From assembly GCA_010093705.1 (NCBI GenBank), contig MU006098.1, positions 479,981 to 543,980 of the forward strand: 64,000 nt of DNA. The letters run 5' to 3'. Source of the stretch: Patellaria atrata CBS 101060 (lineage: Eukaryota). Under the pieces are notes generated by a model. That model was not told where the DNA came from. It saw only the letters and a list, made by a program, of their open reading frames with translations, and made no database searches. Of this stretch, positions 37,481-50,199 are shown one piece after another. The position numbers were made by a program, and so were the translations under genes. The first letter of the stretch is position 1, and each line of letters starts with the position of its first letter.

Positions 37481-39108
37481 CTACTCATCCAGCGAACCCT
37501 CCATCTTGACATCCTCCCCCCTGGGCTCCACAAACCCCGCATTCCCCTCCCCCAAATGCTTCAGCAAAAAGCTCCTCTTAAAATACGAGTTAGGATGGAG
37601 AATCGTATCCAACTCCGCAGGGCCCCAGCCGCCCTTCCTCTTGACCCTCTCCAACTCACTCTTATGCGCAAACTCAAAGACGCGGTTACAAGCAATATGA
37701 TAGCGCTGCTTCCCCACATCCTCTCTAACGCTCTTAATCGTCTCGGGGTCCCTCATCCCGGTGGCCCCGAGCAGCGCGACGAGGTTCTCGACGTCCGTGT
37801 GCGTGCGATACGGACAGCCGTGCGTCTGCCCCGGCCCCGGCAGGGGCTCGGTGAGGAGCTTTTGGCACGAGAAGGGCGTGTAGCCCCGGCCGCGACGGTT
37901 GGCGTCGCCGCCCACTTCGCCGTACGCGTGTTTGACGTTGTAGAGGTATTCTTTTGTGAATTTCTCGTCTGTGATGGTGCGGAAGCTGCGGCGCCAGAAT
38001 TCGACGGCGTTGGACAGGTCGAGCCCGATGCCTTTGAGGAAGAGCGTGTATTCAAGACGGCCTTGGTGTTTGAGTTTCGCGTCTTGACGGAGGGTGCGGT
38101 GCATGTTCTGCATGCAGAGTGGGAAGTGAGATGAGAGGGCGTCGACGGTGCCTGCGGTTGGGGCTTGGAGGCCGTTGATACCGGCTTCGGCGTCGAAGGA
38201 GGCGTCAGGGGCGGTGAAGGATTTGGAGAGATGGGATAGGATCGGGGAGAGGCGATCGTCTTCGTCAAGACGAGGGAGAGCGCGAGATGTGATCTCCAAC
38301 GCAGCATCCAACCGCTTTGTGAACTCCGCAACCACGAAGCTCATCTGTTCCTTCAATAGCACATACGCCTTCCCTCTCCTTAATAGACAACGTCTGCTCT
38401 CCACTAGATCCGGGACTCTCTCCCAATCCAATGTGAACCAAGCCTCCGCATCACCCTTCCTCCACCCTGTCGCGGCCTTCGCCTGCTCTAAACTCACGCC
38501 GCACTCATTCAACTCACTCTCCCCTGCTTTCTCCAGTTGCATGTCAAGGCTATCGAGGAACTCCTTTCGCTCTACTGCGTCGTCATCCTTCCAGCGTAGC
38601 TTGAAGAGCATCGTTTCAAGACGAGAAAAGCGCTGGCGCAGATCTTTGGTCCCCGCGAATGCAAGCCGCAGGATGAAGTGGGAGTAATGGTCGCGTTTAC
38701 GCTCCTCGTCAAGCTCGGAAGACCGTGAGGAGTTCGAGTGCAGGGGAAGATGCTTCTCCATGATAGGAGCCATGTAGGAAGCTGTTTCTTCGGGTGTGCG
38801 GTTGCGGAAGGTGCAGGATTCAAGTTCGGCGAGGACTGGTGTGGTGATTAGCCCAAGGGTTACTTAAAGCATTGCTGCAGTTGTCATATTGCGAAATCCA
38901 AGACCAAAATATATTCACCTTTCAATCTTCCCAACGCCCACAATTCGAACTCCTCCAGACTAACTTCCTCCGTTGGTGGTAAGTCATAGAAACTGAGTCT
39001 CCACTTATACTCCTGCTGTTTCCATTTGGCTGGAGCCTCCGCAAACTGCTTCTTCTTGTGGCTGATGAGGTCGGCGCGTCTCTTGGGGTCGATACGGGCC
39101 GTAGCCAT
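37481..39108 (-). CDS. PRI2: DNA primase large subunit, 2 exons
   Basis: SFYDLPPTEEVSLEEFELWA, RDHYSHFILRLAF, Fe-S cysteines in FPLCM, FSCQK, HGCPY and IACNRVFE, and HPNSYF. Intron 38918-38836. Confidence 0.96.
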
Positions 39109-39320
39109 CTTTCTATGACCCGATTAGAGGGGGATGGAGGGGTTCTCGGGGACGCAGTCGTGAGCTAGGGAAAATCAGAAATAGAGGCAGGTGTGAGAAG
39201 CGCCTAGAATATCTGGTCCAGAAATTAGAGAATTAGATGGGTACAGAATAGAAAAGATTGCGATTTTTGCAATTGTTGTGTAGTATCGTGATCGTACTCG
39301 TGATTTCTGATGAAAGTGAT

Positions 39321-39357
39321 TTTGGCGGGAGACGCGAGCGCGATATTAGCGCGTTTT
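39321..39357. promoter_or_regulatory. MCB-like CGCG cluster upstream of PRI2
   Basis: TTTGGCGGGA GACGCGAG CGCGAT ATTA GCGCGTTTT: three CGCG cores about 220 bp upstream of a DNA replication gene, consistent with MBF-type G1/S control. Confidence 0.5.
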
Positions 39358-39502
39358 CAGTGCAGGGATGAGAGGATAGGGGATACGGAACATCACAGTC
39401 TAACTACTTTGTATACTGAACCCCATGATATCTCTAACGTCTACTTTTAAGTTTCTAATCTCTATGACTATCACACTCTGGATGTGACACAAGTCTCCAC
39501 CG

Positions 39503-40781
39503 CTATCCTAGCAAATCCCCCAACTTATCTACATACACACTCGGGACAACTACCTTATCTTCACCCATAATCTCCTCCTTCTGCGTCACACCCGTCAACA
39601 CCAACAATGTCCCCCCAAGACCTCCCTCAATACCAAACTGGATATCAGTATTCAGCCTATCCCCAACCATACACGTTCTGTTCCTATCTAACTTGAATTT
39701 GCCTTCGATCGCGTCCATCATCGCCTGACTCGGCTTGCCCAAAGCAACCGGGTCTTTCCCGTATGCTGTGACCAGTGGTGATCCGATAGCCCCGGCTCCG
39801 AGGAACAACGTATGCGACATAGGTAGTGTGCTATCAGTGTTAGTAGCCAGGAAGACGGCACCCTTCCGCAAATAGGTAAATGCGTGCGCAAGTTTTAAAT
39901 AGTTGACATGAAAATCGAGGCCAGAGAGAACTACACCGACGTCGGGATCGAGCAGAGAGCCGTCAGCAAGTCCGTCGAAATCCGCTTGAGTGATATCTCG
40001 GCGTAGAGAGGGGTCTGTACCACCAATATGAGGGACGTTTTCGGAATCAAGTTCGGTCTCGATGCCGGCTTCCCCGAGGACGTAGACTTTGTTCTTCGGG
40101 GAAGGGAGTTTTAGGATACGGGAGACATAGATGGCAGCGCTGTATGCAGATCCAAAGACTTCTTCCTATGGGACTATATTAGCAAAAGGATGGCTGAACA
40201 CTCATAGGCCCGACAGAAATGAACTGCTCTGATGCGTAGCGGTAGATATAGAGGGTGGCATACCACATCAGACGGAATGCCCATCTTATCAAATTTCTTC
40301 TTGTAGTCTGCGCGGGACTTGGTACTGTTGTTCGTAACGAAGACAAGTCGTTTGTCTGAATATTGTTAGCCCGGATTTTCTTTAGTCAGGATAAATGTCG
40401 AGTCACATACCCTTCGCCCTTAACATCTCCAATGTCTCTTTTGTGCCGGGAAACATATGATCCCCAGACCAGAGAACGCCTATCCTTCTCTCTGATCAGC
40501 TTCCATACTGGCGCCATGTCCAATTGCTACTGCAGAGTAGAATATTCTTCATGGGAATGTCGTTCCAGGGAGCAAAAATCGGTGGTGTACACAATCGCAG
40601 GAAAGATTGAGCTGCTTATCGTAAGAAATGTCGAACATACCATCACAATCAAAAAGAAACGTCTGAAGTTGCCCGAATTAGTATCAGTCCATCAATACAG
40701 ATTCAGTTCACTTACATCGAATCTTGCCAGAAACTCCTCAATCCCCTCCTTGTCGCCTGTAAGATATTTGGCGCGAGACAT
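39503..40781 (-). CDS. PHO13: HAD-IIA 4-nitrophenylphosphatase / phosphoglycolate phosphatase, multi-exon
   Basis: MSRAKYLTGDKEGIEEFLARFD | FLFDCDG | VLWSGD...FVTNNSTKSR...FLATNTD...GKPS...MVGDRLNTDIQFG. Confidence 0.93.
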
Positions 40782-40810
40782 GATCTCTAGTTTTCAATTG
40801 CGACAAAAAA

Positions 40811-40910
40811 NNNNNNNNNNNNNNNNNNNNNNNNNNNNNNNNNNNNNNNNNNNNNNNNNNNNNNNNNNNNNNNNNNNNNNNNNNNNNNNNNNNNNNNNNN
40901 NNNNNNNNNN
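40811..40910. other. Scaffold gap (100 N) flanked by A-runs
   Basis: Exactly 100 Ns with A homopolymers on both sides; probably a placeholder of unknown true size. Confidence 0.95.
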
Positions 40911-41542
40911 AAAAAAAAAGAGTTGTTGTCTAGTAGTGCGGGACGGAAAATGTCGATATCGGATGCGGTGGGGTAGATGCTGTACTTTTGTATCACCTCC
41001 GTTATCCGTAAACCCCGAGCACAAAGGTACGGGAGCAGGATCAACAAGATATCAGAAGAATCCAAGCACAAGGAGACACGTACAGCTCTAAGTTTAATCA
41101 GAGAAGGAAGGAGACTTGAGTGTAAATGCTTATTACAGTTCCAGATGCTGCTAAATGAACTATCGCCTACCCATGCAAATGCCGCTATCCATACAAATAA
41201 TATCATATGCCTTGAAATCAACAAAACCGAATCTGACACTGAAACCTGAATACACAGGCATACCTAACTCCTATCAGCGCCATGTAACGTACAATCATAA
41301 TCAGCCGCTAGCCAGCGGTTCCCATAGATGCAGCCAGATGAGAGCCAAATGCACTACTGCATTTCTCATTCAAATGCGCCTCTTCATGCATCTTATATGC
41401 GCCATATCTTCACGTTTTCTTTGACTCCTAGGCGTTGGGTGTCTCTTCTCCTGAAATAGAAGGTAAAGATCTTCCAGTAGATCTCTTCCATATTTGTTAT
41501 CTTCAATCTCTTGTCGAGACAACCACATGAATATCTCTCTTT

Positions 41543-43579
41543 TCATCTGATCACGCCCCAACTCTCTACTCCACCGAGACCTCCGCCACTTTCTCTCCTT
41601 TTGAATGCATTCCAGAACCTTAAAGTCTCATCTCCGGCACCTGTAACGATGACCTGGCCATCTGGGCTCATGGCTAGATAGAGGACACGATATGTGTGCC
41701 CTGTCAGACTGACCACCTGCCGCATGGATGGATACTTCCAGACGATAATCTGGTTCTGCGAGTAGCCATGGGTGCTCACAATTTCATTACTGTTCTTGCT
41801 CCAAGCGAGATTGCAAACCTGTGATCCTGTATCTAGACTTGAGAGGAGATTTGGTGGTGCGGTTGAACTGCTGGGTGATGAAGGATCCATTTGCGCCGCG
41901 GCGTGGGAGGCCGAGGATGGACCGTGAGGAGAGAGGAGAGTGTTCCAAAACTTGATAGTACGATCGGCAGTACCTCCTCCAGAAGCTAAAAGACCTCTTT
42001 GATGCGGAGACCATGCGATTGCTTTGACAGCTGCAGAGTGTTCACCCCATTTGAAAGTCGGTTCGGAGTTTAGCTTCTCCCAGACCATGAGTTTGTTGTC
42101 ATTGCCGCCGCTGGCAAGTTGCCCGTCTTCGGAATTCCATTTTAGACCGCATACTTCTTGCTTGTGGCCAACAAGTTTTCGTAGCCATTGTTCCGGTTGT
42201 CGAACATCGCGATGGTAAATGGTTCGGTCCCGTGATCCAGAGGTTAGAATGTGTTCATTCCATGCTAGAGCTCCTACACGGCCAGTGTGCCCTGTCATGG
42301 TCCTTAACCGTTTTCCTGCTGTCGCATCCCAGATCTGTACGAATCCTTTGTGCGTACCAATTGCGATGTGTGAGCCCTAATCGAGTCAATAAGTGTTCAA
42401 TCAGTGATCAATTCTATGACTTACTCTTTGTATCCAATTTACGCTTGTCACATTGTCATCAGGAAGCTCACATAGTTTGGTGACTCGACCGGACACAGAA
42501 TTCCACATGTACACACATTGACCCAGACCAACGCCTAATATGTTCTGACTCCCCCAATCGACAAGGTTGAGATAGAAGTCATCTGCTAGATCAGGCGCAT
42601 CCAGAACTTTGTACGGTACTTTGCTCACTGCCCGAGGGGTCTTGCGAGGGCTGAGCAACATGGTTTGACTGCTGTACTTTACCGGTGAAAGACTGTAGAT
42701 TTCAGACCTTGTATTTAGGTTGGGACCATGTCTGCTTTGAGGCGTTCGGTTCGGGGTAGGCTGGCCGGAGAGGCTTTGATGCCGGGGAGACATATATGAG
42801 AAGAGGTTCTTGTGCGGGGTCGATGGTGTGAGGTTGGGAGCGGGAAGGGCGGAAGAAGACGATCTTGCGGGCGGCGTTCGTGAGCGTGTTGGGTCGTGAT
42901 AAGTGGTGCCGTGATGCGGAGGTAATGAGTCGATGGACTGGGCTATCGATTGCGGTATTGTAGACTCAAACATTTCAGATCGGAGAAGTGTTGAGTAGGT
43001 CCGATTCGCTTCCTCGGCTGTAGAACGATTCAAATTAGATTCTACGGTCCAATCAAGATAATGACCAGAATGATAATTTTCGTTCAAGAAACGCATACTT
43101 CTCTGGAAATGAAGCTCATTGTGAGGCGTGCGCTTTGCAGACCTTGATGGAGTTGCGGGCGAACCCTCATCATGAAGCAGACTGTAACTAGCTTGTAAAT
43201 CCTGCCCCGAACGGTTTGGGATAAACCTAATTTTAATAGTTAGTAAGATAGAACTAAGGATATCATCACATCGCATCACAGCTACGCACCGATCACCATA
43301 AACTCTTTGTCGCTTGCGGCTTGGACTGGCGCCCGGCGTGAGTTCTCTTTGCCGTCCTGCTTGCTCAAATTGCTCAAGTGCTTTACTTAACGCCGTCGCG
43401 TCAATGGGTTCCGATGCTCTGCCGTTCACACCTTCATTGCTTTCGTGATGTCGTTTGTGCGTTATGGTAGTTGGGGTCTTGGTATCCGGAGGCGATATCA
43501 AAGTCGGGGTCCGCACTTCATCCGCGGCATTTGATGTATTCGACATGGCTAGGCCGAGCCCTTCGTCGGGTTGTGCCAT
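41543..43579 (-). CDS. CDH1: APC/C activator Cdh1/Fzr1 (WD40), multi-exon
   Basis: C-box DRFIPNR split by an intron, PYKVLDAPDLADDFYLNLVDW, WD40 repeats, QVCNLAWS, and the C-terminal IR tail (WGVIR*). Start codon uncertain. Confidence 0.93.
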
Positions 43580-44691
43580 GTCGTTACCAGTTGTTGTGCC
43601 TGGGTGGAGTGCAGGTGTGAGAAGTTTGCGGGGCCCCACAGCTGCGAAAGAGCGGTTAATATAGTCGGCAGATGGATGCCAGGAGCCGAAGTGCGTCCGT
43701 GAGGGGCAAAATCCTGCTGTGAAGGTCGTGTGTTATCTTGAAATTAGGTGTCGCGCTTTCGTGTTTCCCCTTGGAGGGCAGGAGGTGCCGGCGGATTCGG
43801 CGCGCGCGCACAAGGTAAATCCAGCTCTTATGATAAGTCAATCTCCATGCGCAAAGTCAATTGTCGCGAGGTGCCGGTGAATGCGTCGGTTTCCGTACGA
43901 TGAGTGCCGGTTGTTGTTATTTCTGTGGGTGAAGGTTGACGAAAAGGAATGAAGTTGGTGAAGCTTTGAGGTTCGGGGTAACCCGCGCTAAGCTGTGTTT
44001 TTCTTGGCACAAGTCTTCCTCTTCCACCACGAGTCTCGTGTTGCGACTTGCGACCGAACGAAGGGGAAGTTGATGATGGCAATGCGAGGGCGTGGTGCAG
44101 TTAGCAAACGACGATAGTCATTATGGAGTAATTAGGAGTCAGATGAGGGAGTTACAGCGAAGTATTGCGAGAATACAGATGCATCATTGTTATTGTCACA
44201 TTTGATATTCTGATCTGGCCTTTCCGCATTCGGACAGCTTGTTGAGCTTTTGTTTTGATTTTCAAAGTCGCGCGTTCAGGGCGAAATGACTGGTCAAGGC
44301 ACGCCCTGAAGGCCCAAACGCTGGCCAAGGAGGCTGTCAAACGCCCCTTAGATATCCCCCGTTGCCCGCAACCGTTAACCTTTTATTGATCTCCCCCCGT
44401 TTCCCCCTGCGCACTTTCGTGGGGGAAGATCAGTACCGCAGATCACAGGCGCGGTAACTTGGTAGTGGGGTTCGATAACCATCCGTCTCTATCGCTAGTG
44501 CTCCCTAGCCTCTTTGGGACCTCTGACTGCATGAGACACTTCATGTTCTTTGTTCTTCCTCCACCTTAAAATTCACCACAACCCAACCCTTCTGTATGCA
44601 CAATATACTCTTGTTCAGATTACAGAATAGACCGGAAATCACGAGAACTGCTCAATTATATCTCAACACTTTGAACTTTCGTAGTGTGACA

Positions 44692-46322
44692 ATGTCCTTC
44701 AAACCATCCCTCCAAGCCGCTGAGGACTTCCTATCCTTCGTAAATGCATCACCGACCCGTATGAGCCTTGAAACCGATATGTAAATCCAGTGTCCTGATT
44801 GATATGCAGCGTTCCATGCCGTTCACTCCGTCAAACAACGCCTAGAATCTCACGGCTTCAAGCAAATTAAGGTGACAGGCTTGTCCCGAATATCATACCC
44901 TTCTAACGCAATTCTCAGGAACGTGATCCGTGGTCCTCTTCCCTCCGACCAGGAGGTAAATACTACCTCACCCGCAATGGCTCGTCCATCGTCGCCTTCG
45001 CCATCGGCAACAAGTGGAAACCGGGTAATCCCATCGGTATGATCGGTGCTCATACCGACTCACCTTGTCTGCGCATCAAGCCCGTGTCGAAGAAGTCAAG
45101 TGATGGATTCCTACAAGTTGGCGTAGAAACGTACGGAGGAGGGTTGTGGCATACCTGGTTCGACCGTGACCTGAGTGTAGCAGGACGGGCAATAGTCAAG
45201 ACCTCCGATGGGGCCTTCGAGTCCAAACTAGTCAAGGTCGACAGACCCATTCTCCGCATACCCTCTCTAGCCGTACATTTGGATCGACAGGTCCCCTTCG
45301 ACTTTAACAAGGAGACCCAACTATATCCCATCACTGGCCTTGTTGCTGCAGAACTGAACCGTCAAGGCAAAACTGGTGAAGACACAAAGGCAGACACCGA
45401 CAAATCAGACCCAGAGAAGTCGGACTCTACATTCTCCCCCATCACGCCCCTATCCGAGCGCCACCACCCCTACATCCTCGAGCTCGTCGCTTCCGAAGCT
45501 GGCGTTTCCCCATCTGACATCGTCGAGTTCGAACTCGTCCTCTACGACACCCAAAAATCCTGCATCGGCGGCTTGAACAACGAACTCATCTTTTCCGCCC
45601 GCCTCGACAACCTCATGATGTCCTACTGCTCCACCGAGGGTTTAATCGCCTCTCTCTCTTCTGACGACTTCCTCGCTTCCGACCCCACAATCCGCCTCAT
45701 AGCCCTCTTCGACCACGAAGAAATCGGCTCCCAAACCGCGCAAGGCGCCGACTCAAACCTCCTCCCCGCAGTCCTCCGCCGCCTCTCCGTCATCCCGGCC
45801 GAGTCCGACTCCGACACATCCTTCGACAAACTCTCCGTCTCCGACGACGCCAGCACAGCCCACGAGCAAACCCTCGCCACCAGTTTCCTCGTCTCGGCTG
45901 ACATGGCGCACTCCGTCCACCCGAACTATCCGGGCAAATACGAATCCCACCACCGTCCCGAGATGAACAAAGGCACCGTCATAAAGATCAACGCCAACGC
46001 CCGCTACGCCACTAACGCCCCTGGCATCGTGCTCCTGCAGGAGGTCGCCAGGCGCGCCAAACCGGCTTCTACTTCTATCGGTGAAAGCGGTGTCCCGCTT
46101 CAGCTTTTTGTCGTGAGGAACGATTCCTCGTGTGGCTCGACTATCGGTCCGATGCTTTCGGCGGCACTGGGCGCGAGGACCCTTGATTTGGGAAATCCGC
46201 AGTTGGCCATGCATAGTATTCGGGAGACGGGCGGGGCGTGGGATGTCGAGCATGCGGTTAATCTGTTCGAGAGCTTTTTTGTGCATTTTGGTGAGGTGGG
46301 GCCGAAAATTGTTATTGATTAG
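44692..46322 (+). CDS. APE4: Aspartyl aminopeptidase (peptidase M18), 3 exons
   Basis: FVNASPT|PFHAV, GAHTDSPC, TWFDRDL, RLDNL, DHEEIGS, SADMAH, CGSTIGP, AMHSIRE. Introns at about 44759-44809 and 44872-44919. Confidence 0.95.
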
Positions 46323-46531
46323 GGGGTTTCCATTTGTGGGGAGGAGTTTGTGGTAAGAAAGAAAAGTTGTGGAGTTGAGGAGTCTGGAAACGAGCTTATA
46401 GATGTCACCGACACGACGGAAAAATAGTATCAATTACCTTATCATATCGAACGATTTAATGATTTAATGAACTCGTCCGTTTCCCGCGTACTGTACATGT
46501 GACTCGGTATCACGCTTTTTGCCTATATTTA

Positions 46532-46705
46532 TCTCTAGTGTTGGGATATCTACTCCCTATCTCCCTACTCTGATTATCAAGTCAGTGTTACCACAGATAC
46601 AGCTACCATACAGAAGGTATCCACTGATCCTCTACTTACCCATGAGAGCAGAGGATTCTAGACGGATAGAGAGGAGATAGGGTGGACGGATATCCCACCT
46701 AGAGA
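46532..46705. repeat. ~174-bp fold-back element with imperfect ~33-bp terminal inverted repeats
   Basis: Left arm TCTCTAGTGTTGGGATATCTACTCCCTATCTCC (46532-46564). Reverse complement of the right arm (46673-46705) is TCTCTAGGTGGGATATCCGTCCACCCTATCTCC. Confidence 0.55.
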
Positions 46706-46719
46706 GGGAGACCAAAGTA

Positions 46720-47441
46720 CCTTGGCGAAGAGGGGAAGTATTTGAAACGGCAGCTATATCATTGTATTATAGTACAAAATACTATAAAAACGATTCAAAC
46801 TATATAACTAGATCCGTATAAACCGATCTAGTTTCCAAAAATAAGTTATTAGTACGAGATATACCACAGATTTCATTTGAGACGCTTCTTCTTATACCAG
46901 CCGTATCAACACGGTATCTGGACTGTATCTAGGCCATGTTAAAGGCTATATTGGAGGATATAGTCTATACGTATTAATAGTACTACTATAATCACCACCG
47001 TGGCCAAATCGCTTGTATGCCCCACATATATATATACCGTCGCTAAATATCATATTCTATTTGAATCTTCACAATCATATTAGTATTTACACCCGTACGT
47101 AGACTCCGTAAAATATCCCCCCAAACTATCAGCTATACCCTACTAAAACAAGGGAATTTGAGGGTAAATCCTACCGGACGAGACGGACTGGTATATTGAC
47201 ACCGTATTAAAATAGTACTTATATATCGCTACTATATCGATATAGTATCTTAAGGGGGATGCGTGGAAGAAGGAGAAGTAATATAGGAATGGAAGGAGTA
47301 GCCACACTTATCACTTACGGAAAACGAGCTATTAGTAATATTTTATAGAAATAGTTATCGTACTATAAACGCTAGGTAAGACGTGTTAAATAAGATAACT
47401 ATACAGCTACCGTTCCCAAGAACCTCTCTTCTTCGCTAAGG
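46720..47441. mobile_element. Non-autonomous Tc1/mariner-type TIR element (MITE-like), probably RIP-mutated
   Basis: TA on both flanks (46718-46719 and 47442-47443). About 40-bp imperfect TIRs: CCTTGGCGAAGAGGGGAAGTATTTGAAACGGCAGCTATA versus reverse complement CCTTAGCGAAGAAGAGAGGTTCTTGGGAACGGTAGCTGTA. Interior is AT- and TpA-rich with no ORF. Confidence 0.75.
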
Positions 47442-49038
47442 TAGAGATGGTGTGATGGATAAGTACCTCAGGTACAGTACCTCTGACGCTGTAGGGATAA
47501 CGTAGGATAGATTGGTAGAATGGGTGAGGAAAGATTGGATGGATGACTTACGAATCAACTGAACCCCCAACTCCCAAATCACGCCCTTTCCAGACCCGAG
47601 TTGACCTCCACTTGGACGCCAGCATCATAGCGGGAAAAAGCATTCGACATTCCCGACTTGGTTCTTGGGATGCGGGTGCGTGAGACACGTAGGATACGGA
47701 TAGGGTGACGATGACGGTGACGAGCGTACTAGCGATAGCGGGAGAGGGAGAGGGAAGGCTTAGAAGGGGGGAGAGGGGGTTGGAGTACTATACGTGATCG
47801 TACCTTAAGCAAAGCAGCGTGATGAGACTAATTGTTGTGGGGTAGGATGCTTGAAACGGGATACTAAAAGGCAAAGAAGAGGGGAGGGGATAGGATAGAG
47901 TCGAGATTCGGGGGTAGAGGGATAGAAAAAGGGAGAAGGGGAAGAATTCATCATAAAGGTTAGGTGAATACCAGCGTATGGTAATACTCAACCACCGGGT
48001 CGGTAGGGACGGCATTAGGGGATGAAAGGGCATCTTCCTCCTCCCATCTCCTAATCTAATATCGAGAACTCCCCGTAGAATTTTTAAATCAACCAACTCG
48101 CTCGCTCCACAGGACACAGGAAGATCACCACATCCAGACCAATGGAGGACAGCCATAATCAGAGTTCATTTCTACTACCCGCTCTCGCATAGCTGACAAA
48201 ATACCACGGTGACCCCTTGGCACTACCGATACTGTTCCACACAGGCCCACGACAAGGGAGGGAAAGGGATAAAGACTCATAGGAAGGAAAAGGAAATAAG
48301 AGGCCTAGAAAAACACTTTCCACCACCGCTACTGCATCATACACACGCTGATAATCTCGCACCCCATGACTGTTGCCAGAGCTGAGAAAAGAAACAAACC
48401 GTTCGGATTAGATAAGACAAGACAAAGCAGTAAAAACTATAATTCACGGGTACGGATGTTTGTCATTCAGGCACCTGCATAAAAGAACACAAGAGAGAGT
48501 GGCCAGTTCTGACACTCAACACATCCATTCGTCTCCTCGCATGATCAGCCGGTTTGAAAAGGAGTGAAAGGCAAGGTAGAAAAGGTTAAAGGAAAATTGA
48601 AACTGAAAGCTTGATCTTCTGCTGCAGCAAAATCCCATCTGAGTTTTAAGAGGCATAAGGGAGTAATCCATGTTGATTCAAGTATTAGTGTTATGGAAAA
48701 AGCGTAATACTCGAGAAAGAAAGTATGCCCTTTGCCCTCTGGTCCACACCTCGGATCGACAATGGAAGATCCTTCCTCGAGGTCGAGTAAGAATTTCGTG
48801 ATTAGGTCGTTTCGGGATCGAGATGGGATAACCGCAACAAAACAAGCCCATCGCCAAGTTTACAATATTTCTACCGAGGATAACGCTGGAGGAACGTATG
48901 TGATGTATGTTGTTTCGCAAGGTCATATCGAGGAGTGAATCGATCGTTTGCTGATGTCGAGTCGCCGGAAGACGTCGCTTATCTGCGTCCGAACCTGCTA
49001 CTGGATGTTCGTAATTGATCACTAATATATGGCGAAAG

Positions 49039-50199
<1,161 letters not shown>

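Noticed and set aside
37430..38687. Antisense ORFs of 234 and 179 aa, and similar ones over APE4 and the patatin gene
   Set aside because: Expected antisense shadows of GC3-rich coding sequence, with no domain signal.
40363..41239. ORFs spanning the N gap
   Set aside because: Artefacts of translating Ns; they also overlap PHO13.
44440..44490. GGTTCGA resembling a tRNA T-loop
   Set aside because: No cloverleaf could be built. No tRNA, rRNA or CRISPR array was recognised anywhere in the window.
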